Positions 26,125 through 41,185 of a stretch of 64,000 nucleotides of DNA are shown in pieces. Source of the stretch: Azolla caroliniana (lineage: Eukaryota > Plantae > Polypodiophyta); the NCBI GenBank assembly GCA_043228905.1, contig JBHGNT010000004.1:1364001-1428000 (forward strand), given 5' to 3'. Position 1 is the first letter of the stretch, and each line of letters opens with the position of its first letter. Under the pieces are notes generated by a model, which saw only the letters and a list, made by a program, of their open reading frames with translations, was not told the DNA's origin and did no database searches. The position numbers and the translations under genes were made by a program.

Positions 26125-28481
26125 ACTTGTGTTAGTCGGGCTTTTTTGGAAAGCCTAAGAGGGTTGCGTATTCTAAATGTATACATGATTTCAACTTTCT
26201 ATATCACAACATGTTGTTGTTTCTTTTGAGGGGATTGGCATACTCAAATGTCTACATGATTCCTATATCACAACATGCAGTTGCCTCTTTCGAGGGCTAA
26301 ATGTATATATAACATGTGTGTTAGGCCATGTGCACTTAAGTTAGTTTCTTTGCCTTATTTGTGTGACATGTGTGTGTAGTCTTTTCCGTGAAGAATATAA
26401 AAGGTACACTTGATATCAAGGATACAATAATAAAAGGTAGTGTACTTAATATAGTTTTAGCTGGAACCATCATACATACTTTAATCAAATTCCCATTCCA
26501 CCTTCTAGCTCACATGCTTCATACTCTCTATCTCCCATAAACTTGGTTGTGTTTTCCTACACGTGTACACCAAAATAAGATATGCTCAAACTTAAGGTTT
26601 ACGGAAAAGAATGTAAAGCATACAATATATGCTCGAGATAGGATTTGCATTTGAGAAATAACCTTCGAACATATATTGTGTATTTAGTTTTATAAATTAA
26701 GTAGTTAAAAATATATTAGTAAATTATTAAGAATATATTAGTTACCTAAGATATCAACACCTATAATTACATGAACTACATTAAATTGTGAAGATAACTT
26801 CAAAATTAATTGATGCCTTAGGTCATAAACAACATCTAGTTCATGAAAATCTTGAAAATCCAATTGCCTTGCTAATTTAATAAAAGTGATAAGCATGACT
26901 ACCAGTGGATGCGTGTTATTGGTTGTTAATTAGATTAGTCACTAGGCATCAACAATGACCCTAAATGTTACATGAAATAGTTGAGATGAGCCTTCAAGTA
27001 TTCTTATTTGATTCATCATCGACAAAAACTCTAAATTTTACATGAACGAGTTGACAAGATTCTTCAAATTTTTGTTCTTTAGATGTCTTCATTCACTTCA
27101 ACTAATTGTACCTAGAAAAGAATAAGATGCAAGGCGGGAGTGGATCATCTAACATGAGTTATTAACAAGGTGTAAAAAGGTATGCATGAAGTTTGGGTAG
27201 CAAAGGAGCTAGATAATATGTACACTAAATGTGGTGGTATATTGGATGCATAAAAAGTTTTTCAAGGATTAGATGACCCAAATGTGGTATCTAGATATGT
27301 TGAATATGAACATGATGAGGAAGATTGATTTGCTTCGAGTGACGAGCATATGCAAATTCATGGTATGTCTCAGCGATTGAGGAAGTGTTCAATCAAGTCT
27401 ATCAAACGAAGGATTTGTGGCTAGCCATTGTCTTACACAAGACGGGCTGGGGAAGGATAGTCACTTCCTTTCCATCTATTTTGTATTTTGTAGCTGATAT
27501 GCTTTTTTAAACTAATGGAAGGATATGTTTTCTTGAAAAAAGTAGCTAAGTAGCTAGTCTCAACTTTTGGTTCTCGAAAGTGAGTTTGCAATTCAAATCC
27601 TACTTTAGTACTTTTTACAATTTTGTGATAATCAGCGTTTCAAGATTTTTGAGTCTTCAAGGTTCATATCAAACATATTAATAAAAACTATTTAGTAAAT
27701 GCAAGTTTTGTTAATAAAACTACACATTTGTGATGAATCTAAACTTTATGTGTTTGCTCTAGGCAAAATAAGAAGAGCAAATACGTTAGTCAAATACATG
27801 TATAAATCAATGCCTACACTTTGGTAGTCACTTTTAAGCTGACTTAAAAGAGGTTTAGATTCCATTTGACAACATTCTCTTCCTCATGCTTAACATGGCT
27901 GTAGCTCCTTAGGGATACCTTCAACAAAAAAATTGACCATTATCTCTTTTACTCACTTAATGGACACATAGTTGACCCCACAACAATATGTTTTATTATG
28001 ATTTGGGAATATCATCCATTACACAAAGATTACGCCCTTTCCGCTTCCACCTTTTACAAACTATAGACCACACTGATGTCTGACATATATTTGGCCACGT
28101 CTTATCTCTCCCTTAAGTTTGTTCTTAGGTTTCCTTTTATAAAATCTACAAACATAGGTTTTCTATTGATGATGTCATGGTGGATGAACCCTCACCCAAT
28201 CAGTAATTCAAAGGCCTCCATAGCAAGCAAGGATAAATTATTAATATGCAACCACCCCTCCATGCACATATGTTGCTTCTCTAAAGTGCATGCATCGACT
28301 CACATGTATCCTTATCCTTGTTGTCTTATATTTGCACTTGTTGGGTGTTTCACGCTCTTCTTGGTTCGTTCACGCTTGCTCACTTGGCACCACACATTCC
28401 TAAATGTAGAACTTGGTACATTTGAGTGGCTCCCAATGACTATTTAATTGTTAGAGTCACGATGGATTCTTAATGTTCTAG

Positions 28482-28905
28482 GTCTTCTTAGGTATTGTGT
28501 GGAATTGTGAAGTGCTTCCATAGGGAAATTTGGGTTGCTACGCTATCTTAAGATGACAATGGCGCACTATCTTTTGAAAGCAAGGAGTATACAATAAACC
28601 TTTTATATGAAAACATCGAGAGCTATTTGTCTCTCAAGATCACACTCCTTTCATGACATACATATTGAGGTTTTTTTTCTTGAGAAAAAATTGCTTCCTA
28701 TTAGTTAGGTGAATCGCATATAGATGTCAAGTTATGTATACTTTAAGTATCTATAGACACTCTACTATGAAGTCTTCTCAAGTATTGTTTGGAATTGTAA
28801 AGTGCTTCCATTGGGAAATTTGTGTTGCTACACTATCTTATGATGACAATGGTGCATTGTCTTTTGAAAGCAAGGAGTATACAATAAAACTTATTGATGA
28901 AAACA
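28482..28905. repeat. Diverged direct repeat of ~134 bp, 290 bp apart
   Basis: 28482-28615 and 28772-28905 share gtgcttccat...gatgacaatgg...cttttgaaagcaaggagtatacaataaa. Confidence 0.8.
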
Positions 28906-30635
28906 AAGAAAATTGTGTGTGGAGACTTTGGTCCTTCCATGAACTAAAACGTTGAGGTTTTTCGACCATTTTGCTACTATCGTTTGGTTTGAGAACAAGG
29001 GTCTCTTATGAAAGGACCGGCTAACTATAGCATGTGGTGCTTCTTCCTTCTCTTCTCTTTCCCTCATCCTTGCTCTAGTCTTTTTTGTCTATATATCTAC
29101 CAAACCTCAAAGAGTTCTTAAATGTGTGTGTGTAAGTTTTCTTTTTCAATATCTTATTCAATATAAAAAAATTATGTATTTTCCATCACATAATTAATTT
29201 ACTTGAGTGATGGTTGTTATATTATCATCAAAAGGCCTTGGGTTTAAGTCCCTAATACCACCTCTCTTTATTAGACCACATATTTTTGTCCTAGGAAAGA
29301 AGATACGTGCAAAAGAATATAGTTGAATAGTCTTTTGCGATTAGCTTTTCAAAATAATTACGTTGTCAAAAACACTCGCTTATACCTAGGAAGAAGACCT
29401 AAAATATCAATTATCAGTATGGTTAGCATTTAGTCACGTTAAATTCTTACGAAACACATGTAAAGTCACCTTGTTTGCTTGCCTTTATTTTCAAAAATAT
29501 ATTTTTTGATAAGGGGGCATGTGATCCATTTCCTTTCGATTCATAGTGGTTTGCGAATTTTCAATTGCACAAACATCACAAATATATTATAAGTAATAGT
29601 TTAATCTCTATAATCTACATCACAAAATTCTACATTAAAAAGATAATCTCTAGCCTTAACAAGTACATTGTTTGGCATAATTAAAAAAACACTACTACTT
29701 ACCTTGAGTATATGTATTCAAGGCCGATATGTTAACATATTCTGAAAGTAGCTAGAGACCATTAACTCTTAAACGTGTCAACAATTAACCTAATGTTCTT
29801 TTACAAAAAGAAGAAAAAGGACATTTATCTGTAAACTAAGAGACATTCACATACCTCATGTTTGAACCATAACTAAGTTGATAAATATGTGATAGACTCT
29901 TGAGTCTCACGAGGCTTAAACCAAGTTCCTTTCAGATATGAAAATTAGATAATCATCCTAGTATACAATGCACATTAGGGTATCTAAGGCCACACTATAC
30001 ACTACCACTTATATCGTACAACTTTAGAAGTCGTTGTTAAGTTCTAAGTTCTAACCATTACTATTAACTTGCTAAGTTATAATTAGCAAAAGTATTGTAT
30101 ATTTAATCATTTATTTAAGGTTTCTTTTCTATGCAAACTGGGATTTAAAAGATACAAGCTATTTTTCCTTCCTTTTGAAGAGGGCAAGGTTAGAGGCTAG
30201 TCAACATTTTGAGAATTGTAACAAGGAAATTTGTATCGAATTGTCAGGATTAGCAAGGCCTAAACCCACCAATTAACTACTTGAATCTTTCTCCATAGTT
30301 CAAAGGAAGGAGCATGAAGATACACATGAGATCCCATTTTATTTCATGTGCAATTCTAATAGAAATTATGACTTGCCAATGTATTTTTGTTTGAAAAGAA
30401 AGCAATATTTGTATTGATAGCGAATGGATCCAATGAACACTTTGAAGAGCAAATCCAAGACATGCAACTTCATTTTGTACTAATTAATACATCTTTGTTT
30501 CAAGATGGGTAAGGTAAGCATCTATGTACAAATAATTTGCTCCGCTTCATCGAATAATAAATCCTTTTGGAAAGGCTTATGTGCTTTTCGTCATGTTTCA
30601 TGAATATGAAGGTTATACATATATCCTTCAAAATG

Positions 30636-30801
30636 TTTTTTTTTTACAAAAAAAACTCCTTCCATTAGTTATAAAATTTTACAAATGAGACGATTATGTA
30701 CAAATCCCTTTAGGGACACGATAGTTCCATCTTATGTGGATGCCCACTGACTCAAGAAAGGGAGAGGACGACCATTGTTGGATGAAGGCTATTCGTTGTC
30801 T
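30636..30801 (-). mobile_element. Severely 5'-truncated copy of the L1 LINE at 4462-9350
   Basis: Reverse complement of ~9167-9323. Encodes RQRIAFIQQWSSSPFLESVG.HIRWNYRVP.GICT*, followed by the same 3' UTR, T-tract and poly(A). Confidence 0.92.
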
Positions 30802-33800
30802 TATTTTTAAACCACGTTCATATTTCTCTAAGGATCCTTCTAATGCTTGCATTGAGTACAATTTCCATAGAAAAACTCCAATGGACATTAGATATCCACG
30901 TATATGTTTTATTTTTGTTCTCTGAATTTATTTGACTCCCCCGACATAGCTTTGCTGGAACGCTTGTCGCATTAGATTATAAAGAATGATCATCCTTCAC
31001 AAGATAAACCCCAAGGAGAAGACAAAAGAATAAATTATCTGACAGTGGACTAGACGCATGGTTGGCTAATGAAAACATTGCTCGGCCATGTTTCTTGATG
31101 TTATTTCATGAACTTTTTTGAACACCTATTAAATGTTGTCATACTACCAATAATAGTGTATCAAGAGCCACAATTTCACATTGCATAGAGGATAGAGAAG
31201 TGATAGAGCCATCGTTAGTTTGTCTTGTGTAGTTCAAAAATTAGGAACCTACATCATCAACGATGATGTATATCCTAGTGTTACCCTTATGTCCGGATTG
31301 CCAAATAATAGAATTATTATATGTAAGATGTTGAGAGCAACATTCCAATATACTTTATACAATGATTAACATTTGTAACCCCCATACAAATCACATAGTG
31401 ACATTGTATTATGTGGTACATATCCTTAAATTTATTGGAGTCCAGAGTATGTCTTGGAACTCTAATTCACTATTCTAATGGCTCATGCATTTATATTGAA
31501 GCACATCACCTTTATTTCACTAAAAAGGTTGGAGTATTCTTGAATCAAATCTTGTTGTCGAAATTCACTTAACAACCATAGATTCCTCTGTCATATCAAT
31601 GAAGTAATGTGTGACATGGTCATCAATTCATATTCAAGCTCCTCTAAGTTAGCTGGACTTACCATTAACTTATTTGGAAGCCTTTGATTGCAAGAGGGTG
31701 AGAACATGAAATATAAACTTATAATGTAGTTTTAGAGTCAAATCCACCTAAATGTATAAAAACGTGCAAGTCAAATATCATTCTAAAATACTCCATTGAT
31801 TTGGGAAAATCAATATTTGTGTATATCTATATGCTAAAGCTCTTTATGAAGCAAGTTTTGACTGTTGTAAAGTGAAATCTCTTGCATGTCCATGTTCTCA
31901 AACGAATATATGAGTAGATGAGATGTTTACAACACCATTAGAATAAGGGTAATGGAAAATGGAGTACAATAGAGTGCCACTATCTCTTATCATTTTATCA
32001 TGAGTAGAAATCTTTCTACTCTTTCTTTGAAATGCATTACAGCATTGAACTTCAAGAACTTCACTAAACATGCATGCCATGACTTCCTTCGCCAAAGAGT
32101 AATGGTATAAGATTATTTAGGGATACTGATAAATATTTAAATTGTCGGCCTTGTTTAGTTTTTCAATCATTCAACTTGAAGACAATTGTGATCTCTATTA
32201 AATTTCATGGAGATAGGAATGTTGTTACAAAAGTTCCTTTTCTTTTTTATGTCGGGACGGAGACGAATATTTGTAAACTTGTGGTTAACACGTGCTTTTA
32301 AGTTCCTTTCCAAGTTTAAGGACCTTCTTTTGGAATTCCGAAAGTGACACTCAATGTTATTAATACTAAAAACATGGAGCATAGAATTGTTTCCCTCCAT
32401 ATATAGGTGTGATGTGAAAACAAAGACCTAAAATTTAAACTTCAATTATCATTAAACATTTAAGATTGCGAGAATATAAGGAAGTTATATTTATAGAAAT
32501 CGATTAGAACATATTTTTTGGTTATGTTAGGATTTCATAATCATTTGTATTATTTCACATTCCTTTCTTTCTTTAGTCCATTGCTTCAACTTGTCTCTAA
32601 CTTTGTCTTTGACTTATTTGTTGTCGTCCGTTTGTCTTCGGATGCGTTGTTTCTTTCCCAAATCTTTGAGAGTCTTTTATACATTCTTGGTTATGTATAC
32701 TTTACTCCAAGGTTCATCTTAACCACCTTTTACTAATCATTTCGTACCATCGAAGAGCATATTATTTTCCTTCTATTTCTAGGTGTTTGTGTTGATCATG
32801 TGCATGATATGATGGCTATGGCATTTTTGTTTCGTGTTGGGTAGGCTAGCGTCTTATGCATTGTGAACTTGTTTAGTGTTGTGTATGCTAGCCATCTTGT
32901 TCTTTTTGTTTTTTTGCATCTTGGCATGTTACCTGCTTTTACCATTGTTCTTGCCTTTACTTTTAGTTTTGGTTTTAGTTATAAGCTATGTGTGTGAGTA
33001 CAAGCACGAATAGTGTTAATGATTTGGATAAGGTCATTTAACATGAAGATATTCATGTAGATGGAATTTGCCCAAATTAGTGTATCTTAACAAGAAGCCA
33101 CTATGAGGAAAGGGAGATTCTAAACGACATTATGGTAGCTTATATGGGATTCATAATGTCATGAATTAGAAATAAGTAGGGATATCATCATTGGCAATTT
33201 ATATAGGATTCAAAATTATATGAATTGAAAACAAATAGGGATCACATTATTAGTTGTTATGGTCATAAGTATCGCAACAACCATTGATTTATTTACAAAA
33301 AAGGAACATTAAAAGTATATGATTTCAATTGCATAATCATGTGTAAAATAGGAGAAAGTATCCAATGTTATTCATCAAAAGTCCACAATATGGTGTTTTT
33401 AAAACAAGCCAGCTTGAACACACATGATTTGGAAGGTTTACATATAATAAACCCCTCAAACCCTTCAAACCTCACATGGATTCTAGAACTTTAGCAAACA
33501 ACCTTTTTTATATAATAAGATCATGCTAAGGAAGAATGTACTTGATGATGACTGGGATCGAGCTTACGAAGATTGGCGAATCATCTTCTTTCATTGATGC
33601 TCATAGCCAAAATTCAAAATGACCACTCTACCTTTTGGTTTCAATTTGGTGGGGTCAATTACATGACTTTTTTATGTTTCCCTGGTGAATATCCACCTTT
33701 TGTTATGGAAGATTAATGTGGAGAATGAGGCTGAATTTATGTACACGTCAACATCCTAGCAAGACATTTCGGCAACTTTGCACGAACTTAATACATTGTA

Positions 33801-34094
33801 TCATTGAAATACGCAACAAAAAAACGATTCCTTGTTAAAAAAAGATAGAATATACCAAATTAAAGTTCTCCAACTTGAGGCCTCATGCCCTAACTAAATT
33901 AAGCTACAACTTTTCCCATCAATGTCCTCAAAAGGTCTCCATATAAATGCATGTATGAAATCATAAATCCAAGTTCAATGTATAGAACAAAAGTAGTCCA
34001 AGATATCTAATAAGATGTACAAGCTTTTAGAAGATCCACTTGTATAAATAAGGCAGCTTCTAGGTCTGTAAAAACAGAATCATAATCTCACAAA

Positions 34095-37000
34095 ATGAAG
34101 GTAAGGTCAATATGTTATGGATTTAATTTCGAAGTATAAGTATTCCTTATTATCATTGTGTAAGGTTAAGTTTCAATGTATAAAAGAGTCGTGAGTGAAT
34201 AATTATAAATAGATTTCTAATTGTTCAACCAATGGCATTCGATATTGCTTCATAAATTCTTCTAACAATCTACTCCTTGCTTCAAATGTGTTAGATATTT
34301 GATTGGGCAAACAAGAAGTTGCTCCATCAACCTAGGTCGAACAACAAGGTTAAAAAACATTTAATTCATGGTAGGTGTTGTATTTGAAGATTGTATGGCG
34401 TAAACATGCATTTGCTTAGAACTTGCCTTAATATACCATCTTGGTGTTTTCAAAAACTACAGGTAGAACCTTAAATGAGGTATCAAATCCATTGATCAAT
34501 GAATTAGATGAATACAACCCACAACTTAATGGTGTGATTACTGATGTGAAGAATAAAGGTGCGCCGCACAATGTGGAGATTCTCACAATTGGCACACTCG
34601 GAGTGGGTGACTTGCTAAGTGTGCATTATAATTCGAATGGTGAAAAAGATTACAATTCAAGTGATAATGAAGTTGAAGATGATTGTGATGACTATGACGA
34701 AGATAAGGGATTAGTACAATGTAATGGATCACCATGTGATAGTCCATTAATTGCTCGAGCATCCATAAGTTCTGTTGACATACAAAAACTCCAAGAAGAA
34801 CTACAAAGAATCTTATACTTCAAGCTAGGGGATACCTCTAAGGGTATAGAAGGGGATATACATAGGAATAATGTGACAAGGAAGCATAATAGAAAGAGAA
34901 AAGACCATAAGAAACATAATAGTAATAATCTCTTAATAAGGGATAGCTCACATGGGGTACTCAATGGAAATAACAATAGAGGGGTTTTCCCCCTTCAGAA
35001 CTTTCTTGAGATGCCTATGGATAATATATCCTCTAGTTCTACTTCTAATACTAGATCATCACCAGTATTCATGAAGCAGTGGTTACTACAAAGCATAAGG
35101 AGCAAAGTTCTCCATTGCTCAGTGCCAACACTTACACTAGGACGGGTAATTCCAACTTTTGTGCTTGAGAAATTAATCAAGTCTAGGGCCAAGGAAATAT
35201 CACCACATATTACATTGCCAATCCAAAGCCAATCCAAGATGGGGAAGAACAAGATGGATAAGGTATGCATTATATGCATGCATGTATATATGTATGTATA
35301 TATGTATGTATCTAAGTGAAACATTATTAAATGTCACATGAATGTTTTTGTAGTTGTTTCATACGTTGAAGAATAGCATGGCACGAGGTGGATCACGCTC
35401 ATTTCCAAAGAAACCAAGACACAAGAAAATGAATGAAACGACAAAGGACAATAGTCGATTGATGCGAAAAGGATCACGTCACAATGCCAGTGAGCATAGG
35501 CATGGAAATGTTGAAGGTTATTATATTGATAGTGATGATGGTGATGGTGATGACGAATATATTCGAAAAAGGGTGCAAAAAATATTGGCATCTGGAGTTC
35601 ATCATAAAAGTCCGAGAGTATATAATTCCAGTGCATTAACAATCTCTTCTTCTGTCTCCACCACCACCACCACTAGAAGTAGTGTCTCTACAAATAGTGT
35701 AGCTTCCTCTTCCTCTGACTCATCTAATTTATCATCGTTGTCGTTGTCAACCTCATCATCTTCTTCTTCTATTGCAAATCAACACAATGTCTCTCCTCCT
35801 CTCAACGAATGTTGGATCAATACAGATGATGAATGTAAGCATCCTCCCTCTCTTTGGTGAAAACACACAATTACATTAATTGCATGCAAAACACATTACA
35901 ATGGTACTATACTATAGATCATTTTATTGTTGCCACTAAATACTAGTGTAACATGTTGAAGCACCACTAGGCAAGAAGAGCATCTCATTGTGGATAGAAT
36001 CTCTAGATGCTCCAATAAGCCTCTCTTGTGACACTATCCCTCTGTATCCCTTTGGGCCATGGTCTATGGGCTTGACACAATCCCATCAAGACCATATAGT
36101 CTCCTATGGACTTAAATTAGTCTAACTTTCGTCCCAATTTTCGTATTCAATCTACATTTATAAACTTTCATATCCATCTTTTTAAGGGCTCTTCGTTTCT
36201 CTCTCAATATCTTTACTCATGGACAACCTAACCTAGTATAAGTTCATAATCTAGAGGCTCTCGATTATTGGGTTTTGAAACCCACCCATTTATCTTCGAT
36301 AATCCGAGGTATGTAGGGAATATAAGATATTGTCTTCAACAACAACCTTACCTTGGTTCTAAATCTACCTATTTCAACACTAAAATGGTTGAAGGTCTAT
36401 TAGGTAAAAACTAGCCATAGCTAGCAACATGATGCAAGGTCCTTTTTTTATTGTTCGAAAACCATGCCCCCTCTTTCAAGGCTATGCCTATCCCTTGATG
36501 GGGTGGGGGAAGGTCATGCCATTTTGTCAAATTATTTGTTCCTATGGGTCATTTTGCCTCCTGTCCAATGGACCAAATGTTTCACTTTTCAATATGTAAA
36601 CTCCATCACAAGCATCTCTTTGTCTTATAAACTCTACTTACAACATTTGAAAATGTGTCCCTTTCGTCCTCTACGTTGTATTTTACCTCCAAGGATGATA
36701 AGAAAATGCATCTTCCTCTATTAATCACTTTTTGGTATTTCTTTTATACATTTGTTTTGGTATTTTGTCCCATGGCCCCTATATCAATCTTTGTGGCAAT
36801 AACAAAGTCTTTTTCTTTTGTTCATGGTAACCTTGTAGTGTTTAACCCATATATTAGTGATATTTGAACTAGACAAGCTTACTAACAAAACTCTTATCTC
36901 ACATACACAATTGTTTTTTGGCAATGGATTAAAATGACAAACACACATTCTCTCTACCTTTGTCTCTAAAGTGCATTAAGCATTAAGATGATTACCTTAT

Positions 37001-37848
37001 TAAATTCTCCTTACAGTCATCATGCAATTAATTGATTTACTAGGCCCGAAGATGTTTGCCTTGTTTTTTATCCCTCACAACTAGATCAGGTGACAAGTTA
37101 ACCATAGTAAGGATAACTTGGGGTTGATATATTTGTGTAAGGCACAATTATAATACAATTTGCTTTGTCGTTGACCGTAGTTCACCAAACTAGGTGTGTG
37201 AACATACATCCCAATCTCATAATAAAAGAGTAAATAATCAACATCGTAAGAGTTTCTAACCATGTTTGATGTTTAGTGTTTTGTTGGTTAATGAGATGTT
37301 TGTCTAGACTCTAAACCATGATTAGCTTGCAATATATGATGTTGTAGAGTTATAAGTTGTTTTGAATTTCTCATTTAGTTGTAACTTGTATCATAAAACT
37401 AAAAACATGTTTATATGCCTCTCGCCCATTCATTCTCTTTGGTTGTGTAATCGAGCATATTTGGCTCACAAACAAAAGTGCAAACCTCGTCACAATAGTA
37501 GGGTCAAGTGTCATATCCTTTCCTTTTCAACACGATACAATGTTATACAACCAAAATGTCATTTGAGTATGAAAAAGGAATGATCACAAAATAATCATAG
37601 CATAAGTTCACAACCAACAGTGGTGTTTGAATGAAAAGAATAAAACATAAAAGTTAAAGTTAAAATAACTATTTGAATTGAATGTTATTATGTAAATACA
37701 CATCCATCATCGCTAGACAATGCTTGCTTCACCTTTTGTAATCATGAAGTTGTGTCATTTAGCTCAATGAACATCGAATGCTTAATTAAAAATAGGTAAG
37801 AAATGTCTTTCCTTTTCTATTTTCACAGATCTAGTACTTGAGTTGTGA
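34095..37848 (+). CDS. LAZY1: LAZY1/DRO1-like IGT-family gravitropism protein, 460 aa
   Basis: Exons 34095-34100 (MK), 34295-34370, 34463-35262, 35354-35834 and 37829-37848 total 1383 nt. Conserved regions: MKIFDWANKKL, ILTIGTLG (IGT motif), KLQEELQRIL, FPLQNFL, KMDKLFH and terminal WINTDDEYLVLEL*. Exact ortholog not determined. Confidence 0.9.
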
Positions 37849-38230
37849 GTTCAAACTATCAAGTTGGTGCACACGCACTACAACCAACCGTGCACTAGGT
37901 TGGGCTCACACAAAGTGCAAGGAGTCTACAGTGTGACATGGCAAAACCTGGTGAAATCTTCTTTCGAAATGAGGTGGACACAGCAGGCAAAATGTTCACA
38001 TACCACTAGTAATCAAGTTGATATTAAAAAGAAGGGCTTGGAACTACCACCTTAGAAAAGGGTTTGCAAACTGTGTTTTCTTGTTTCTTTCACAAACATG
38101 AATTGTTTAACTCTCACCATCACAGTGTTAATTTCAAAGGTGGAAAGATGGTCTTTTCTTATGGACACTAACGGAAATTAAAGTTGGAATCATACAATAC
38201 AATGTAGGATTTGTCCCTTCAATGTCATAT

Positions 38231-39312
38231 GAGCCAGGCTACTAGTTCATACAAGAGTTTGTAGATTGCTTATCAAAATGAATCCTAAGACATTGACACG
38301 TATGTCCTCCAATCCAAATGTAATGTAAAGTGATGAGAATGTAATGTTATATTTTGTCCATTTTTTGTATACAACTATTCATGATATTGTCACTATGAAT
38401 ATTGCACACAAACGAAGAACATGGACTTCACATCATTGAATTAACTTTATGAAACGTTGTCACAATAAAAATGGTCATACGAAAATGATAGGAGGTTGGC
38501 TAATATTTACAACCTGTAACACAAAAATAACTTGGTTTCTTTAGGTACACGTTTTAGCTAACTACAATAGAAATATATAATGACTCATACCAATCGAACA
38601 CGAGGACATCAAATTATATAAATTCCATTCGTTTGATACACTATCAAATTCAATTGATTCTGTTTCATGCAATGTGAAAGTAATCAATTGGGATTTCATG
38701 TATTCATATTAAAAATATTTAAATTTTGGTTTTACTACAAAAACATGCCAAGATTATAACTATAATGGTTAGAGCCAGGCTACTAGTTCATATAGGAGTT
38801 TGTAGATTGCTTATCAAAATGAATCCTAAGACATTGACATGTATGTCCTCCAATCCAAATGTAATGTAAAATTATGAGAATGTAATGTTATATTTTGTCC
38901 GTTTTTTGTATATAACTATTCATGATATTGTCACTATGAATATTGCACACAAACGAAGAACATGGACTTCACATCATTGAATTAACTTTATGAAACGTTG
39001 TCACAATTAAAATGGTCATACGAAAATGATAGGAGGTTGGCTAAGATTTACAACCTGTAACATAAAAATAACTTGGTTTCTTTAGGTACACGTTTTAGCT
39101 AACTACAATAGAAATATATAATGACTCGTACCAATTGAACACGATGACATCGAATTATATAAATTCCATTCGTTTGATACACTATCAAATTCAATTGATT
39201 CTGTTTCATGCAATGTGAAAGTAATTAATTGGGATTTCATGTATTCGTATTAAAAATATTTAAATTTTGGTTTTACTACAAAAACATGCCAAGATTATAC
39301 TATAATGGTTAG
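38231..39312. repeat. Recent tandem duplication, 541 bp x2
   Basis: Units begin gagccaggctactagttcat at 38231 and 38772 and are near-identical through tataatggttaga. Confidence 0.95.
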
Positions 39313-41185
39313 ATCAACATACACTTATTATTGGACACACTTTATGAGCAAATTTGTAGATTCGTTTATTTTGGGTGTCATACAAAAGTACTCCTACGAG
39401 TGCTCGAAATATCAACATATACCCTTGGCACATTGTGTAGGGCATTAACTCATTTCATATAAAAGTTAACAAAATCATTATTACCCCAAAGTCGGCAAAA
39501 TGATATTCGTTATGATATTAAATTCATTAGCTTTAGTTGATTTGTTTGCATAACGTACTAATGTATCACAATCATACATGCTTAATTCTAGATAGTTATA
39601 GTTTTGTTCTTATTTTTAGTTTTCAAACACGTGATTCCTTTCCATGTTAGTTTTTTTAATGTTGATTGCCGAAATAGTGACACACAAGGACATAACATAT
39701 TTTGTACTTAGTCAAGGATGTCCTCAATTATGTATCTTGGTTTATGCTATGTTCCTAATTGCAATAGATTTATTCTCCTCGTGTCTCTTATGATAGTATA
39801 ATTATTCATCTCGTGTTTTCTTCTCATTCATGTGCCAAGCATATTGGATTGACCCTCCACCTTTCTCCACAATCGTACCACCTATTCATAGCAACATTGT
39901 TGCTTCTTTTGTGTCAAAACTATCTATTGAGCTTTTGCCAAGTCTCCTAAAAGGTAGACATGGATTCACCTCCCAACCATTACCAAATAACATGCCATGC
40001 TCGTACTTTGAATTATATGCATTATGTACTATTTCATTTTAGGATTTTGACTGTCATGATTGTTCATAGCATAGCATGCTAGACATCCTCACAATGGTCC
40101 CCTTTAATCCAAATTGGACAAGCCATCCTAGTCATTTATCGTGAATATAAATATTGTGAGCTTGAGTCCAACGTGAAATGAGATATAGTAAATCTTGAGA
40201 ACAATAATATGGGTCCTACCATATTCAACACCATTGGTAAAACCTACTTCATGAGACTTAGAAAATGTTCTGCTAGATAATGATATCAAAGCTATGCACA
40301 TTTGCCATATGGCAACCTATAATAAAGAACATTGCACTAAGACTAAATATAATAACTTTGTACGAATAATTAACATATATCCTAGGTTTAAGAACTATCC
40401 TTTGTCAAAGAATTTACTTGTGTGATTCTTTTAAGTTTCGCGATATGTCAAAAACCAACATCCAACTTCACAATGTGTTGTTTGGTTTTATTCCACTTAT
40501 CCTTGCAAGCCAATTCCCAATTTCATCATTAGTATCACGATGCTAATTGTTGGTAGACTTGATTTCCTCTCGATCTTTATCGTTTGCCTCATCTTCTCCC
40601 TCAAAATCTTCTTTGACTTCTTTCTGTAAGGCAATCTCATTGTGTTTTTTTGGTTATGGTCATGCTCCTCAATTTGAACAAGATAAGAATCTCTTTTGAA
40701 TATTACGATTGTAACCAAATTAGAAATTGCATGTATTCCATGTGCTTATATAGCAATATTCAAAATCAAGATTCCAAAAAAGTAAAAAAACACATGACGA
40801 TAGTTACATACTTGCATATCCTATCCTAATTTATGGCACTCTCGCACGTGAAAGGTAATCTGTCTAGTAATCACATAATTATCCATTAAGCGGATTCGCC
40901 AATATCCTTGGTAATAACACCTTTGGCTGGATGGACAATACTTCAACTCTATAGCTTAAAGCTGGCACATCTCCAAAACGATTGTTCGAGAGTTGGATAA
41001 CAATATGGAATAGCAAAACAAAGAGCTTAGTCATTTGATGGAAATCAACTAAGCATATTTATACAACCAAAATGGAGAATGATATACATATGTATTTGTG
41101 TATATACAACAACCAAACATATGTATGTGTGTGTATATATATATACAACCAAATTGAAGAATTGAAATGGGTTTTTTTCTCAAAA

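Noticed and set aside
25516-26229. Overlapping ORFs with repeated peptides
   Set aside because: They are by-products of the 140-bp tandem repeat and the C run.
27540-29265. Faint tRNA/B-box-like segments near 27590 and 29240
   Set aside because: No complete cloverleaf; too degenerate to call.
30900-33900. Short minus-strand ORFs (31898-32400) suggesting an old TE
   Set aside because: No recognisable domain.
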